DNA of 32,000 bases from Candidatus Woesearchaeota archaeon (GCA_964367375.1 CAYIXG010000005.1:1-32000), one strand, 5' to 3'; counted from the first letter of the stretch, positions 7,549 to 16,408 are shown. Notes: generated by a model not told the origin, from the sequence alone. Numbers and translations: made by a program.

Positions 7549-8322
7549 TTGACTGTACAATCTCGTGTTTTACACTCACCACATCTTCGGCTTTTTTTCT
7601 TTGCGCTTTTCATAATTATAGGCGCTTTTTTAATCACCACTTTTAAGCCAGAACTTACTGGAAAGCAAGTCCTGAGCACAACACCTACTCTTGAAAGCAC
7701 GACATCTACAGTTACAGTTCCTGCAATAAGTTATGCAACATCAGCTACAGGAGATATCCTTCACCTTGAATTACAAACTGGAGAAGATTATGTTGCGTGC
7801 TCAGTCACGCCGCTCGGAGACCAGTCAAGCGTACCCTCAGTAACGCCACGATTACCTGATGGACGTGCATTACCCACATATTCTGAGGGCGGACCAAATT
7901 TCCAACACACTACAATTACCTTAATTCGCATCCTTGGAGAGTGCGAAAACGCGCTCGTTGCTCCAGAAGATCTCCTCAAAATTATTGATAACCCTTCTCG
8001 CCTTTCCCCAGTATCCTATGACCTCTTATTATCGCTTGAGGAAGTTGTGTGCCCACAACCAGCACCTACTGCTTCATATCAAAATATACCTGAAGTAATA
8101 GATGCGGCGTGGGAAGCATACGAAACCATGGATGGAGGAACAGCTATTTACAATATTTATTCCACTACATTATATGGCGCACTTGCCGCTCCAGGAAGCA
8201 CCTTGTTTGCTCAAGCAGCACAAAGCAAGAGCTGTATTGTTCCTGTTTATGTTGGATGGAAGTGTACTGCGACACAAAAAGTTCAACCCAACCAAGATTG
8301 TACTGTTCTCGCTGTCGACTAA
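7549..8322 (+). CDS. Secreted/anchored hypothetical protein (TM helix plus LTGKQV motif)
   Basis: TTG start is preceded by aaGGTGaa at 8-nt spacing. N-terminus is LFFFALFIIIGAFLITTFKPELTGKQV. The ectodomain is Ser/Thr-rich with 6 Cys. The next gene starts 15 nt downstream. Confidence 0.65.
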   Translation: MTVQSRVLHSPHLRLFFFALFIIIGAFLITTFKPELTGKQVLSTTPTLESTTSTVTVPAISYATSATGDILHLELQTGEDYVACSVTPLGDQSSVPSVTPRLPDGRALPTYSEGGPNFQHTTITLIRILGECENALVAPEDLLKIIDNPSRLSPVSYDLLLSLEEVVCPQPAPTASYQNIPEVIDAAWEAYETMDGGTAIYNIYSTTLYGALAAPGSTLFAQAAQSKSCIVPVYVGWKCTATQKVQPNQDCTVLAVD

Positions 8323-8337
8323 AAAAATAATAATCAC

Positions 8338-9852
8338 ATGCAAAACATGGTTACCCTTCACAAAATTAACGGCACCTTGGTTTTTTTACTTGTTTTGTTA
8401 CTATCGAGCGTTCCGTTTGGTGTGGCGCAACCAGGAACATTAGCACCTCCTGTTACTCCTTGGGGAGTTGCAGCAAATGGACAGCTGATACTTCAGCCTC
8501 CACTTCCCAACACTCAAACCTTGCCAGGCACTCGTGTTCCCCAATATGGCAGCGGACAACAACCCACACAACCTTCTTGGATGTCCTGGTGGGTGTGGTA
8601 TAATTTTATTAATAGCTTAACTCCTGTGCAAGCTCCTCTACCTCCTTCATCTAAACCCCAACCTACACCATCTTACACCACACCCATCGGAGGCAGTTTA
8701 CCAACACAACCCGGAACCGTTATTGGTATCAACATCCCCGGAACCTCAACTCCTGATTGGGAAGCAATAAATGATGCAATATTATCCTTTTTAGAAGTTC
8801 TTCCTTTTGATGCTTCTGTGTCTGTAGGAACAAATTCGCGCATTGATCAAACAACTGGTTCACAACTTTGCCAACAGCCTCCACCAAACGCAAATTTCAT
8901 CTACATGGGCCTTTACGTTCCTGCCACATCTTGTGCGAGTCTTTCTGCAGCATTAGCATCAGGAAAACAACCAGTACTCATTCCAGGTCTTTCATTACAA
9001 ACTGTTGGAGATTCGCATACTCCTTCTTGTCCTAATCCTACATGCAGTGGAAAGAATCCTTCAACAAACGCAGCTGCGCAAGGATCTTGTGTTCCCAAAA
9101 TTATTAGCAAAAACCCAGATGGATATTATCCTACACGCGGAACAATCGATGATATAGAAAGAGTTGTTGCTCGCATTCGAGCAACTCCCCGGTATTCTTC
9201 TACAATATCCTCTCAACACCTTAGTATATTACGACAGATTCTTATTGCAGCACTTCAAATACCTGGAACCCACCCGCTCTATAATTCCATTCAAGGCATC
9301 GCGAGCTATTTGAGTGCACTCCTCATTCCTGGAAGTGGAATGATGGGATGCACAATGATGTTTAAACTACACTTTGGCTGTTTTTGTTACTCTTCTCCTG
9401 GTGTTCGAATGATTCCTCTTGAAACTAAACAAGGCAATACTCCTCCATTTAACCGATTGTTCGGAAGAACTGGTGGCTCAATTGGTTCTGGACCTTCAGG
9501 AACAGGAGGAATCACAAGTAGTCAACCAAATCCTTTTGGTGGTCGTATTTTAGCGGCTATTTTGTCTGCGTTTGGGTTCACTGGTGGCGCACCTCAACAA
9601 CCTGGAGGGTTTGAATGCAGTGGTGATATTTCTGGGAAAACGTGTGTACCTGACAACACTAAGTGTGTTGCTCCAAAAATCTGCAGTGGCACATGCACGT
9701 GCATTACTCCTGCCACCCCGACGTGTGCTGGCAGCTATCCCGCATGCAACGGACCCTGCCCTGCACCACAAACATGCCAAACAATAGGAACCACATGCCA
9801 ATGCAAAGGCACCACCACACCCACTAAAGAGCCTGAAGAAAACAAAGACTGA
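8338..9852 (+). CDS. Secreted protein: Sec-type signal peptide, P/Q/T-rich region, and a C-terminal 78-aa 12-Cys domain
   Basis: The signal is GTLVFLLVLLLSSVPFGVA|QPG. The C-terminal CSGDISGKTC...CNGPCPAPQTCQTIGTTCQCKGTTTPTKEPEENKD has the same Cys spacing and the same 78-aa length as 6031-6264 on the minus strand. Confidence 0.8.
   Translation: MQNMVTLHKINGTLVFLLVLLLSSVPFGVAQPGTLAPPVTPWGVAANGQLILQPPLPNTQTLPGTRVPQYGSGQQPTQPSWMSWWVWYNFINSLTPVQAPLPPSSKPQPTPSYTTPIGGSLPTQPGTVIGINIPGTSTPDWEAINDAILSFLEVLPFDASVSVGTNSRIDQTTGSQLCQQPPPNANFIYMGLYVPATSCASLSAALASGKQPVLIPGLSLQTVGDSHTPSCPNPTCSGKNPSTNAAAQGSCVPKIISKNPDGYYPTRGTIDDIERVVARIRATPRYSSTISSQHLSILRQILIAALQIPGTHPLYNSIQGIASYLSALLIPGSGMMGCTMMFKLHFGCFCYSSPGVRMIPLETKQGNTPPFNRLFGRTGGSIGSGPSGTGGITSSQPNPFGGRILAAILSAFGFTGGAPQQPGGFECSGDISGKTCVPDNTKCVAPKICSGTCTCITPATPTCAGSYPACNGPCPAPQTCQTIGTTCQCKGTTTPTKEPEENKD
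9765..9819 (+). repeat. 55-nt exact direct repeat, copy 2 (partner 7410-7464)
   Basis: See copy 1. This copy lies inside the 3' end of the 504-aa gene. Confidence 0.95.
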
Positions 9853-9878
9853 TAATACTCACCTTTTTCCTTTGTTGT

Positions 9879-10532
9879 TCATGCAGAAGCAAACTGAAGG
9901 CTAAAATGATACGCAACTCCACAGAAAGGAGCATACAAACTTGCGTCAGGATCTTTTCTTTCTCCCACTTTACACCCCTCAGGACCACACATTGATGCCT
10001 GGCTCACTTGTATCAATCTTGTTGTTGGAATCATTGACGGCACTCCTAGTCCTAATTCAATTCTCCTTCCCCGAATGTTAATATCACCCAACCTTTTCCA
10101 TTCCTCTAATTGTCTGCTATATCTTCCCATCATCCGCAACAACTCTCCCCTGTTCATATCTGCAAGACTTACTTCTCCAAAAACCCCTGTTAGCCATCCT
10201 TGTATTCTTCCTCTTTCTCTTTCACTTTCCTCTCTTGAGCATCCCATTCCTTTTCTCACGCTCCAGAACCTTCCTTCATCCAACTTTCCTACTGTCGTTA
10301 ACACTTCTGCTAAATCTCCCCCAGAAACACTTACCTCTTCATTGCTCTTACTTGGAAAAAAAATCCCAATAGGCAACCTGTCCTGTGAACTTACTGGCTG
10401 CTCATAAAAATGATGAAACACTTTGTCTGACAAATCATCTGCCAACACTACCTGAGGCTCCTGTGGATTTTCCGGATTTCTTGCTACCCACCCTTGCACG
10501 TACATATTCCTCGTTGTTATCACAGAAACCAT
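9879..10532 (-). CDS. Hypothetical cytoplasmic protein
   Basis: 217-aa ORF with no TM or signal and a charged central region (SREESERERGRIQGW). It is convergent with 8338-9852. No family recognised. Confidence 0.5.
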   Translation of the reverse strand: MVSVITTRNMYVQGWVARNPENPQEPQVVLADDLSDKVFHHFYEQPVSSQDRLPIGIFFPSKSNEEVSVSGGDLAEVLTTVGKLDEGRFWSVRKGMGCSREESERERGRIQGWLTGVFGEVSLADMNRGELLRMMGRYSRQLEEWKRLGDINIRGRRIELGLGVPSMIPTTRLIQVSQASMCGPEGCKVGERKDPDASLYAPFCGVAYHFSLQFASA

Positions 10533-10734
10533 ATGTTACTATTATTAAGTAATGCTTTTTAAAGGTTTCTGTATCTCTTTTCTAACCCATACCCTTTACT
10601 CATTCACGTTTTCCTTTTCATCCATTAATACTCTCCAGATAGATCTCGTGTTCAAAGAATATTCATCAGTTATACAAAAATAAAAACTTTATGAAATGTT
10701 CGCCTCTTTTGATTCCTCATTTTTTTCCCACAAG

Positions 10735-10743
10735 TTATATAAA
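10735..10743 (+). promoter_or_regulatory. TATA-box-like element upstream of 10769 gene
   Basis: ttatataaa is centred about 30 nt upstream of the ATG at 10769. This argues against the longer ORF-track start at 10691. Confidence 0.45.
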
Positions 10744-10768
10744 TTACTGGAAACCCTTTTGTTTGCTC

Positions 10769-11461
10769 ATGGAATCAAAAATTATTATCCTCATATTCCT
10801 TATTCTTTTTCTTGCTGTTTTTGTTCCTCAATACACTGGTCGTCAAGTACTTCAAACTGCGTTTTGTGGCGATGGTGTTATCCAGCCTCCAGAAACCTGC
10901 GATCCGGGAAGCCCATCAACTTTGGTTTGTCCTCCATACTCTTATTGCCATCCAACCCAATGCCAATGTGTTTCCCAGTCTATCCCTTACTGGTGGCGCC
11001 CCACTTACTCAGGACCTAACGAAGAACCAGCACCTCCTTATCCTCCTAGTTTACCAGGAATACCTCTTGGAAAAGCTGGCTCCTTAGTCGGAAACCTCCC
11101 TGTAGTAGACACTTGCACAAGCATTACTCTCCCATCAGGCATCACGCCAGGACATGCAGGAACCTTATGCAAGACTGGGATTTGCAGCATCGGCCCCTAT
11201 GAAGGGGAATGCATGTTCAACGGAGAAGGCTGCGAATGCAGGTTTAGTCTTTCTATTTTATCTGGAATTGGTGGCTCATCACCTACTTTATGTGAACACG
11301 CTACTTTAGATCCTGACAATCCAACACCTGCAATCACCTGCGCCTACCACTATTGTCCCCAAGGACTGGGATGTGAGGTTACTAGTGACGGCAAACGTTG
11401 CGAATGCAGACCACTTCCTGTCATTTCTTTACCTGAAGAAGATGCTTCCTCTGAGTATTAA
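10769..11461 (+). CDS. Secreted Cys-rich protein (TM helix plus YTGRQV motif, a CGDG...ETCD repeat, and C-x-C-terminated modules)
   Basis: N-terminus is MESKIIILIFLILFLAVFVPQYTGRQVLQTAFCGDGVIQPPETCDPG. Modules are CPPYSYCHPTQCQC, CKTGICSIGPYEGECMFNGEGCEC and CAYHYCPQGLGCEVTSDGKRCEC. The tail is acidic. Confidence 0.7.
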   Translation: MESKIIILIFLILFLAVFVPQYTGRQVLQTAFCGDGVIQPPETCDPGSPSTLVCPPYSYCHPTQCQCVSQSIPYWWRPTYSGPNEEPAPPYPPSLPGIPLGKAGSLVGNLPVVDTCTSITLPSGITPGHAGTLCKTGICSIGPYEGECMFNGEGCECRFSLSILSGIGGSSPTLCEHATLDPDNPTPAITCAYHYCPQGLGCEVTSDGKRCECRPLPVISLPEEDASSEY

Positions 11462-11476
11462 CCTTCTTCCGCAAAC

Positions 11477-11485
11477 TTTTTATAC
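11477..11485 (+). promoter_or_regulatory. TATA-box-like element of the 5S rRNA gene
   Basis: tttttatac is centred about 28 nt upstream of the predicted 5S 5' end. Confidence 0.5.
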
Positions 11486-11507
11486 TCTTCCTCGGAAAGG
11501 AATTCTT

Positions 11508-11620
11508 AGACGGCCATAGCGGCTTGGTTCCACTGGCTCTCATCTCGAACGCCAACGTTAAACAAGCCCGCGTTCTGGGTTGTACTGCACTTTGCTGCGG
11601 GAACCCCAGATCGTCGTCGC
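11508..11620 (+). rRNA. rrf: 5S ribosomal RNA (stand-alone, ends +/- a few nt)
   Basis: Sequence reads GACGGCCAUAGCGG...CCAC...CAUCUCGAAC...GUUAAAC...GUACUG...GGGAAC...GUCGUC. The 5' GACGGC pairs with the 3' GUCGUC (helix I). An oligo-T (cttttcc) follows. Confidence 0.9.
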
Positions 11621-11632
11621 CTTTTCCTGACC

Positions 11633-12424
11633 TTACTTAAATATTCCTTCCACTTCAAAACCCTGTCTTTTCAGCTCGTCCCTTATTATTCTTGGATCTT
11701 TTCTTTCATATTGAAAACGCTGCGTCATTGTTGGGACAAATGGTTTTATTTCAATAGGACAATGTTTCTTCACTGCTGCGAGGTTTGTGCGCACAACCAA
11801 ACTGTAATAATCTAAGGGGGAATAGAAAAATCGCGTTTTGTTTTCATCAGTCCCTACAACCTGATGCAACTTCGGAATTTCCTGATAGGAATACAATAAA
11901 TCATCAAGCTCACTCTGTGCAAATGACGCATACGTTATCGTTTCATTAAAAAAGAAGGCTGCCTCAAGCACATCCTCTGCTTCCCGACAACTAAATCCTT
12001 GCTCATCAATTACGATTCCCCTATCGTCAAACTCTCGCCCTAAATGATAATACCATTGCGATGTCAACATCATCTTCCGGATGTCAATAAATAACAACAA
12101 TGCTTCTATATGTGGAGACTTTGATCTTTTATCGAGAGTATCCTCAAACTTCTTCAACTCATCAAGCATCGGCTTAATGTTCTCTTTTTTCACCGTTGTC
12201 TTGTTTAGCTTCTCGTCATGAAACGAGGCATTAAAATTTATATCAATATCCTGCAGTTCTTTAAACCCCTCTTCAAAAGTGAACTCTTTCTTGTCATACT
12301 TGTTTAGAACAATAGACAATCCTATTAAGAGAATAAGAATACACAAACCTATTATTATCCACTTGTACTTTTCCCTTGAAAGAAAGCTTTTTTTCTCTTT
12401 CATAACCTTTTTTTCACACCGCAC
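11633..12424 (-). CDS. Hypothetical membrane-anchored protein (single N-terminal TM)
   Basis: N-terminal helix is KWIIIGLCILILLIGLSIVL, followed by a soluble Lys/Glu/Asp-rich domain. The true start may be the internal Met (MKEKKSF). No family recognised. Confidence 0.55.
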   Translation of the reverse strand: MRCEKKVMKEKKSFLSREKYKWIIIGLCILILLIGLSIVLNKYDKKEFTFEEGFKELQDIDINFNASFHDEKLNKTTVKKENIKPMLDELKKFEDTLDKRSKSPHIEALLLFIDIRKMMLTSQWYYHLGREFDDRGIVIDEQGFSCREAEDVLEAAFFFNETITYASFAQSELDDLLYSYQEIPKLHQVVGTDENKTRFFYSPLDYYSLVVRTNLAAVKKHCPIEIKPFVPTMTQRFQYERKDPRIIRDELKRQGFEVEGIFK

Positions 12425-12457
12425 CTTTTTTATAGATTCCTCTCCTCAAATATCACC

Positions 12458-12757
12458 ATGCCACCAGATAAAATAAGCGCACTCAAACGCATTCACACCC
12501 TTTTCCACGAGGCAGGACTTGCATTCTCCACACACCCTGCACGCAGCCATAGATATGTGTATTTAGCACGAAAAATTGCCATGAAAATGAACATTTCCAT
12601 TCCCCGATCACTGAAAAGACATTATTGTTCTTCTTGTTATTATTACCTTTTTCCCGGATTAAATGCACGCGCCCGCACTGTCAAGGGAAAACTGAGCATT
12701 TATTGTAGTCATTGCCGCCATTACACCCGGATTCCCTTACGACCACCACGACCATAA
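12458..12757 (+). CDS. rnp4: RNase P protein component 4 (Rpp21/Rpr2 family)
   Basis: Motifs are RYVYLARKIAMKMNISIPRSLKRHYCSSCYYYLFPGLNARARTVKGKLSIYCSHCRHYTRIP, with a Zn ribbon (CxxC...CxxC). TATA ttttttataga lies about 25 nt upstream. Confidence 0.88.
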   Translation: MPPDKISALKRIHTLFHEAGLAFSTHPARSHRYVYLARKIAMKMNISIPRSLKRHYCSSCYYYLFPGLNARARTVKGKLSIYCSHCRHYTRIPLRPPRP

Positions 12758-13183
12758 ATTCCTTCTTTTTCTGATGACACTCTTCTCAGGCACATGCTCC
12801 TTGTAAATCATTGGCCACTCTTCTTTAAACCACTTTTTCTCGTTCTTCAGCGCATATCGAAAGCCGCGCTGCATCAGCTCCTTATCCACAATCCCACCTT
12901 GATGCGGATGCTTAAACTGCTTTGGCAAATGCGAATGAAAGCCGTGCATGTAATGAATAATCTCGTGGGCAATTGTGACCTTAATAATATCCTCTGGAAC
13001 TTTTACATCCTGAAAGAGGGTGTTAATTGCAATCTCTGAACCTCTCTTTGTTGTCTTGATGTGTCCAAACTTATTCTTCCAGCGACCCTTCCAGCGAATA
13101 AACACGTTTTTTTTCTCCACCTCAGGAAAGAACACTTCCCACAACTGCTGAAAACGCGTCTCTAACCACTCTTGATCCCGCAT
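12737..13183 (-). CDS. SprT-like zinc metalloprotease domain protein
   Basis: HExxH lies in VTIAHEIIHYMHGFHS. The N-terminal pattern LETRFQQLWEVFF...FIRWKGRWKNKFGHI...EIAINTLF is typical of the SprT-like family. Its 3' end overlaps rnp4 by 21 nt (convergent). Confidence 0.6.
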   Translation of the reverse strand: MRDQEWLETRFQQLWEVFFPEVEKKNVFIRWKGRWKNKFGHIKTTKRGSEIAINTLFQDVKVPEDIIKVTIAHEIIHYMHGFHSHLPKQFKHPHQGGIVDKELMQRGFRYALKNEKKWFKEEWPMIYKEHVPEKSVIRKRRNLWSWWS

Positions 13184-13215
13184 ATGCTGAGAAACAAAAA
13201 TCCTGTATAAAAAAC

Positions 13216-13413
13216 TTATGCTTTCCTAAACCGCGCAGCCACATCAATCAAATCGACATGACCGAGAAAGACAGCCCTGCAACAAAACCGCTTCAATCCC
13301 AGATCATCCAAGACTTTCTTTGCAGGCTCCTCTTTTTTCACCCTATTTTGATACTCTTCCCAGAGATGACCAATAGGCTTTCCACAGCTCATACATCTCA
13401 CAGGAATGAACAT
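13216..13413 (-). CDS. rpoN: DNA-directed RNA polymerase subunit N (Rpo10)
   Basis: MFIPVRCMSCGKPIGHLWEEY...LGLKRFCCRAVFLGHVDLID on a 65-aa protein. A minus-strand TATA (gtttaaaaagg) lies about 25-30 nt upstream. Confidence 0.92.
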   Translation of the reverse strand: MFIPVRCMSCGKPIGHLWEEYQNRVKKEEPAKKVLDDLGLKRFCCRAVFLGHVDLIDVAARFRKA

Positions 13414-13488
13414 ACCAACACTTTTTCCTGCTTCCTTTTTAAACGTTTCGGGAAGAAGAAAACCACCTCTTTTCCTTTACGGGTTTTG

Positions 13489-13860
13489 TTAGCTAAACAC
13501 TTGCGTGCCTAACCACTTCTCCATCGTAACAAACCGTGACGTACATCCTAAAGGACCAGATTTGTACCATCTTCCCCTTTCATACCCTGGATCGAAAAAT
13601 GGAACAAGACGTCTCATACCAAAGACAGCTCCACCTTGCAGGATCTCTGCCTTCCATGGCCTTCCTGTAGTGTCAAACTGGATTGCGTATGAGCACCGCC
13701 CTGTTTCCCAGGAAAGGGTTGTTGTGCCATCAGTTTGTTCTTGACGAGCCTCGATCCCCTTGGTTGCCAAGAGGTCCGTTACCTCTTCGAGTTTTGTTGT
13801 CATTGTGATGCCTCCATCATTTTTTCCTTTTATCTCCCAAAAAATGGGATATATTACCAT
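13489..13860 (-). CDS. Hypothetical protein
   Basis: 123-aa ORF. The minus strand has AAGGAG 6 nt before the ATG at 13860, with an A/T-rich box further upstream. No family recognised. Confidence 0.5.
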   Translation of the reverse strand: MVIYPIFWEIKGKNDGGITMTTKLEEVTDLLATKGIEARQEQTDGTTTLSWETGRCSYAIQFDTTGRPWKAEILQGGAVFGMRRLVPFFDPGYERGRWYKSGPLGCTSRFVTMEKWLGTQVFS

Positions 13861-13954
13861 TATAGCTCCTTATTTAAATAAATATTCCAAAGAACATTGT
13901 AAAAAATGCAAAAAATAGGAAGTTTTATATACAAAATGGTTCATATGTTCCACT

Positions 13955-14407
13955 ATGGAAACCTTCATGGATGACAAAGACACAAAGATTCTTGCACTCC
14001 TGAAAGAGCACGCAGACTACACTACGCGCCAAATAGCCAAAAAAATATTGATTCCCCAGACTACCATCCACAACAGAATCCGAAAACTCACCCAGGAGGG
14101 AGTGATTACACGATTTACTATTGACGTTCATCCTGAAAAAGTGGGAAAGGCATTCGCTGCGTATGTCTTGATATCTGCAAACTTACAACTCCTCAAAGAA
14201 AAGAAAAAGACACAATACGACCTTGCAGAGGAAATTAGGAGATGCCCTTTTGTCGAGCGAGTGGATATCGTGTCAGGAGGCACAGACCTCGTCGCTTTCA
14301 TTCGGGTCAAAGACGTCACTGAGTTTGATCATGTCCTGCTGGGAAAATTGCAACTCTTTGAAGGAATTGACAAAACACAATCCCTCATTGTCATTCATCC
14401 TAGTTAA
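13955..14407 (+). CDS. Lrp/AsnC family transcriptional regulator
   Basis: The N-terminal HTH is KILALLKEHADYTTRQIAKKILIPQTTIHNRIRKLTQEGVI. A C-terminal RAM-like domain is present (AYVLI...VERVDIVSGGTDLVAFIRVKD). TATA ttttatatac lies about 25 nt upstream. Confidence 0.88.
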   Translation: METFMDDKDTKILALLKEHADYTTRQIAKKILIPQTTIHNRIRKLTQEGVITRFTIDVHPEKVGKAFAAYVLISANLQLLKEKKKTQYDLAEEIRRCPFVERVDIVSGGTDLVAFIRVKDVTEFDHVLLGKLQLFEGIDKTQSLIVIHPS

Positions 14408-14679
14408 GTCCTTTCTTTTGGTATCCTAAGCATCTCCCGTGAGAGGATAATATATTTGTCATTCACCTCCTTCACTATTGGGAGTTCTTGATCATTCCAT
14501 TTCTCAAGCTTTATCCTGATTGTGTGCCACATGCTTTCACCTCCATTCTTCCTCTTTTCCTTGCATTGTTTATAACTGGTGTGCGTGCCTTTGCATTATG
14601 AAGAGTGTTTTCTTTCCAATCCTCATTTGTATTTACTAAATAGTAGTTAAAATAGAAAGATTTAAATAGGAGTTCATCA

Positions 14680-15111
14680 ATGCCTTTGATTATGACTAAT
14701 ATTCTCTCCTATCTCAAGGACATGGGAACGCCAATCTTTTCTCTTGAGCATATCAGCCATGTCGCTTTCAACGCTGATGGAAGAACATTGCACCTCTTTC
14801 GATCACCCAAAGATTTATGCACCACAGACTCTGCATCACCCGCACTCGGCCTTGAAGAGGTTGCTGCTGATCTTCGCTCCGCTCTTACCGAACTTCATTT
14901 CATCACCACTCCCCTTGGATCTCAAGATATGATTGAAGATGCTTTTATCCATACTATTGATCCCTACAGAGAAATCTTCAAGATATATGATGCATCCTCT
15001 GGAGAAATTGTCATTACCCCTCAAACAACAACACTTGATGGACATTCCACCAGAGATCTTCTCGAACTCTATCGACTTAATTTAGATTTCCATAAAACAC
15101 TTAATCCATAA
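14680..15111 (+). CDS. Hypothetical protein
   Basis: 143-aa ORF preceded by a taGGAG motif and an A/T-rich box. No motif recognised. Confidence 0.45.
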   Translation: MPLIMTNILSYLKDMGTPIFSLEHISHVAFNADGRTLHLFRSPKDLCTTDSASPALGLEEVAADLRSALTELHFITTPLGSQDMIEDAFIHTIDPYREIFKIYDASSGEIVITPQTTTLDGHSTRDLLELYRLNLDFHKTLNP

Positions 15112-15137
15112 ATCTCAAACTATTGATCTTTGAAAAT

Positions 15138-15797
15138 ATGAGAATTGCATTTGATTTAGATGGAACATTGTATGATGCCTTTCCGATAATCTTCGCTGTG
15201 AACCAGCACATTCGGGAAATTCTTGGTTATCCTCCAATGACTGCAGAGGACTACATTAGAAACTTCCAAACCCGAGATTGGACACTCTTGTATAAAAGTT
15301 TAGGAATATCAGAATGTGACATAGAAAAAGTGATTGCTCTTTTTACTCAAGAATTCGCTCAAACAGATCCTCCACAATTAATTCCTCATGGAAAAGAAGC
15401 TATTATTAAAGCTTTCACTGCCCTTGGTTTGGAACATGTTTTTTTCATCACAAACGATCCCATGAATAGAGTCAGAAAACGATTCCAAAGGGATGATTTA
15501 GAACAGCTCTTACTTCGAGTAAAAACCCCTTTCCAAGGAAAATCACAAGAACTCTTCACTCTTGCATCTCAAGAATCATCTGCACCATTTGTCTATATTG
15601 GAGATCTCGTATCTGATGGAGAAGACTGCGCAGAAGCTCGACACATGGGAGCGCACAATGTCTTTTTCTATGGAATGACACATCCCTATGCAATGAATCA
15701 TCCTGATGCAATGGAGAGGTTTGTATCACAGCATCCTTCTTTTGCAAAAACATTAAAAACGATTGAAGCTATCGATACCCTATGGAACCAATCATAA
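15138..15797 (+). CDS. HAD-superfamily phosphatase (phosphoglycolate phosphatase-like, subfamily IA)
   Basis: Motif I is IAFDLDGTLYD, motif II FFITND, motif III GKS, and motif IV YIGDLVSDGED. The ATG at 15138 is preferred to the TTG at 15123. Confidence 0.8.
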   Translation: MRIAFDLDGTLYDAFPIIFAVNQHIREILGYPPMTAEDYIRNFQTRDWTLLYKSLGISECDIEKVIALFTQEFAQTDPPQLIPHGKEAIIKAFTALGLEHVFFITNDPMNRVRKRFQRDDLEQLLLRVKTPFQGKSQELFTLASQESSAPFVYIGDLVSDGEDCAEARHMGAHNVFFYGMTHPYAMNHPDAMERFVSQHPSFAKTLKTIEAIDTLWNQS

Positions 15798-16408
15798 TCG
15801 CAGTCATTGGCGCACCAGGCGTTGGAAAGACGTTTCTCGTCAAGAAATTAGCACACTATCTCAAAGCAGAAACCATACTTGAAAATGTTGACGAAATGCC
15901 CACTCAGATTATAGAAAATTTCAAAGAAAATATTAGGCAAATGGAAACCATTCTTTGGTTTAGAAACAAATGTATCAAAGACATTGAAGAAGCACTCAAA
16001 CTCAAATCACAAGGCAAGATTGTTGTTATGGATACTTATCTCATTTCTAACGAATTGCATATCACAACAATGACTGCAGGCTTTGAACAAGAAATTTTAT
16101 TAGAACAAGCACATTTTGATAGGAAATACATTCCAAAACCAGATGTCGTACTCTTTTTGGATGCTTCGGAAAGCAAGATAAAAGAACTTACTCTCCAAAG
16201 AGGGAGAGATTTTGACACAACTGAAAAGTTTATCCAAAGGAACCTTTCCATAAGGAAAGCCCATCAGGACTACTATCATAAAAACAAAAATTCTCTCATC
16301 TACATCAATCGAGATACTATGGACTTTGAAAACCTAGAGGATATAAAACACATTGTGGATGAAATAAAAAAATTTCTTGAGAAATTTACAATCGAGGAGG
16401 GGAACTAA
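15782..16408 (+). CDS. P-loop kinase of the deoxynucleoside kinase (dNK) family
   Basis: Walker A is IGAPGVGKTF. The lid region LFLDASESKIKELTLQRGRDFDTTEKFIQRNLSIRKAHQDYY matches the dNK 'RGRxxE...Y' pattern. It overlaps the HAD gene by 16 nt. Confidence 0.6.
   Translation: MEPIIIAVIGAPGVGKTFLVKKLAHYLKAETILENVDEMPTQIIENFKENIRQMETILWFRNKCIKDIEEALKLKSQGKIVVMDTYLISNELHITTMTAGFEQEILLEQAHFDRKYIPKPDVVLFLDASESKIKELTLQRGRDFDTTEKFIQRNLSIRKAHQDYYHKNKNSLIYINRDTMDFENLEDIKHIVDEIKKFLEKFTIEEGN

Noticed and set aside
10691-10768. N-terminal extensions in the ORF track using upstream or alternative starts (10691, 5213, 15123, 16377, 4382, 2586)
   Set aside because: In each case an internal ATG has a TATA-like box about 25-30 nt upstream, or a Shine-Dalgarno-like motif, and it gives a sensible N-terminus (signal helix, DxDxT motif, Zn ribbon). 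The extensions add implausible residues.
14402-14545. Two GGAGGTGA motifs on the minus strand in the 272-nt Lrp-downstream spacer, which suggested small ORFs
   Set aside because: Careful re-translation gives only MWHNQDKA* (8 codons) after one motif. The other motif abuts its ATG with zero spacing and yields about 20 codons. My first longer reading contained a transcription error. No supported gene.
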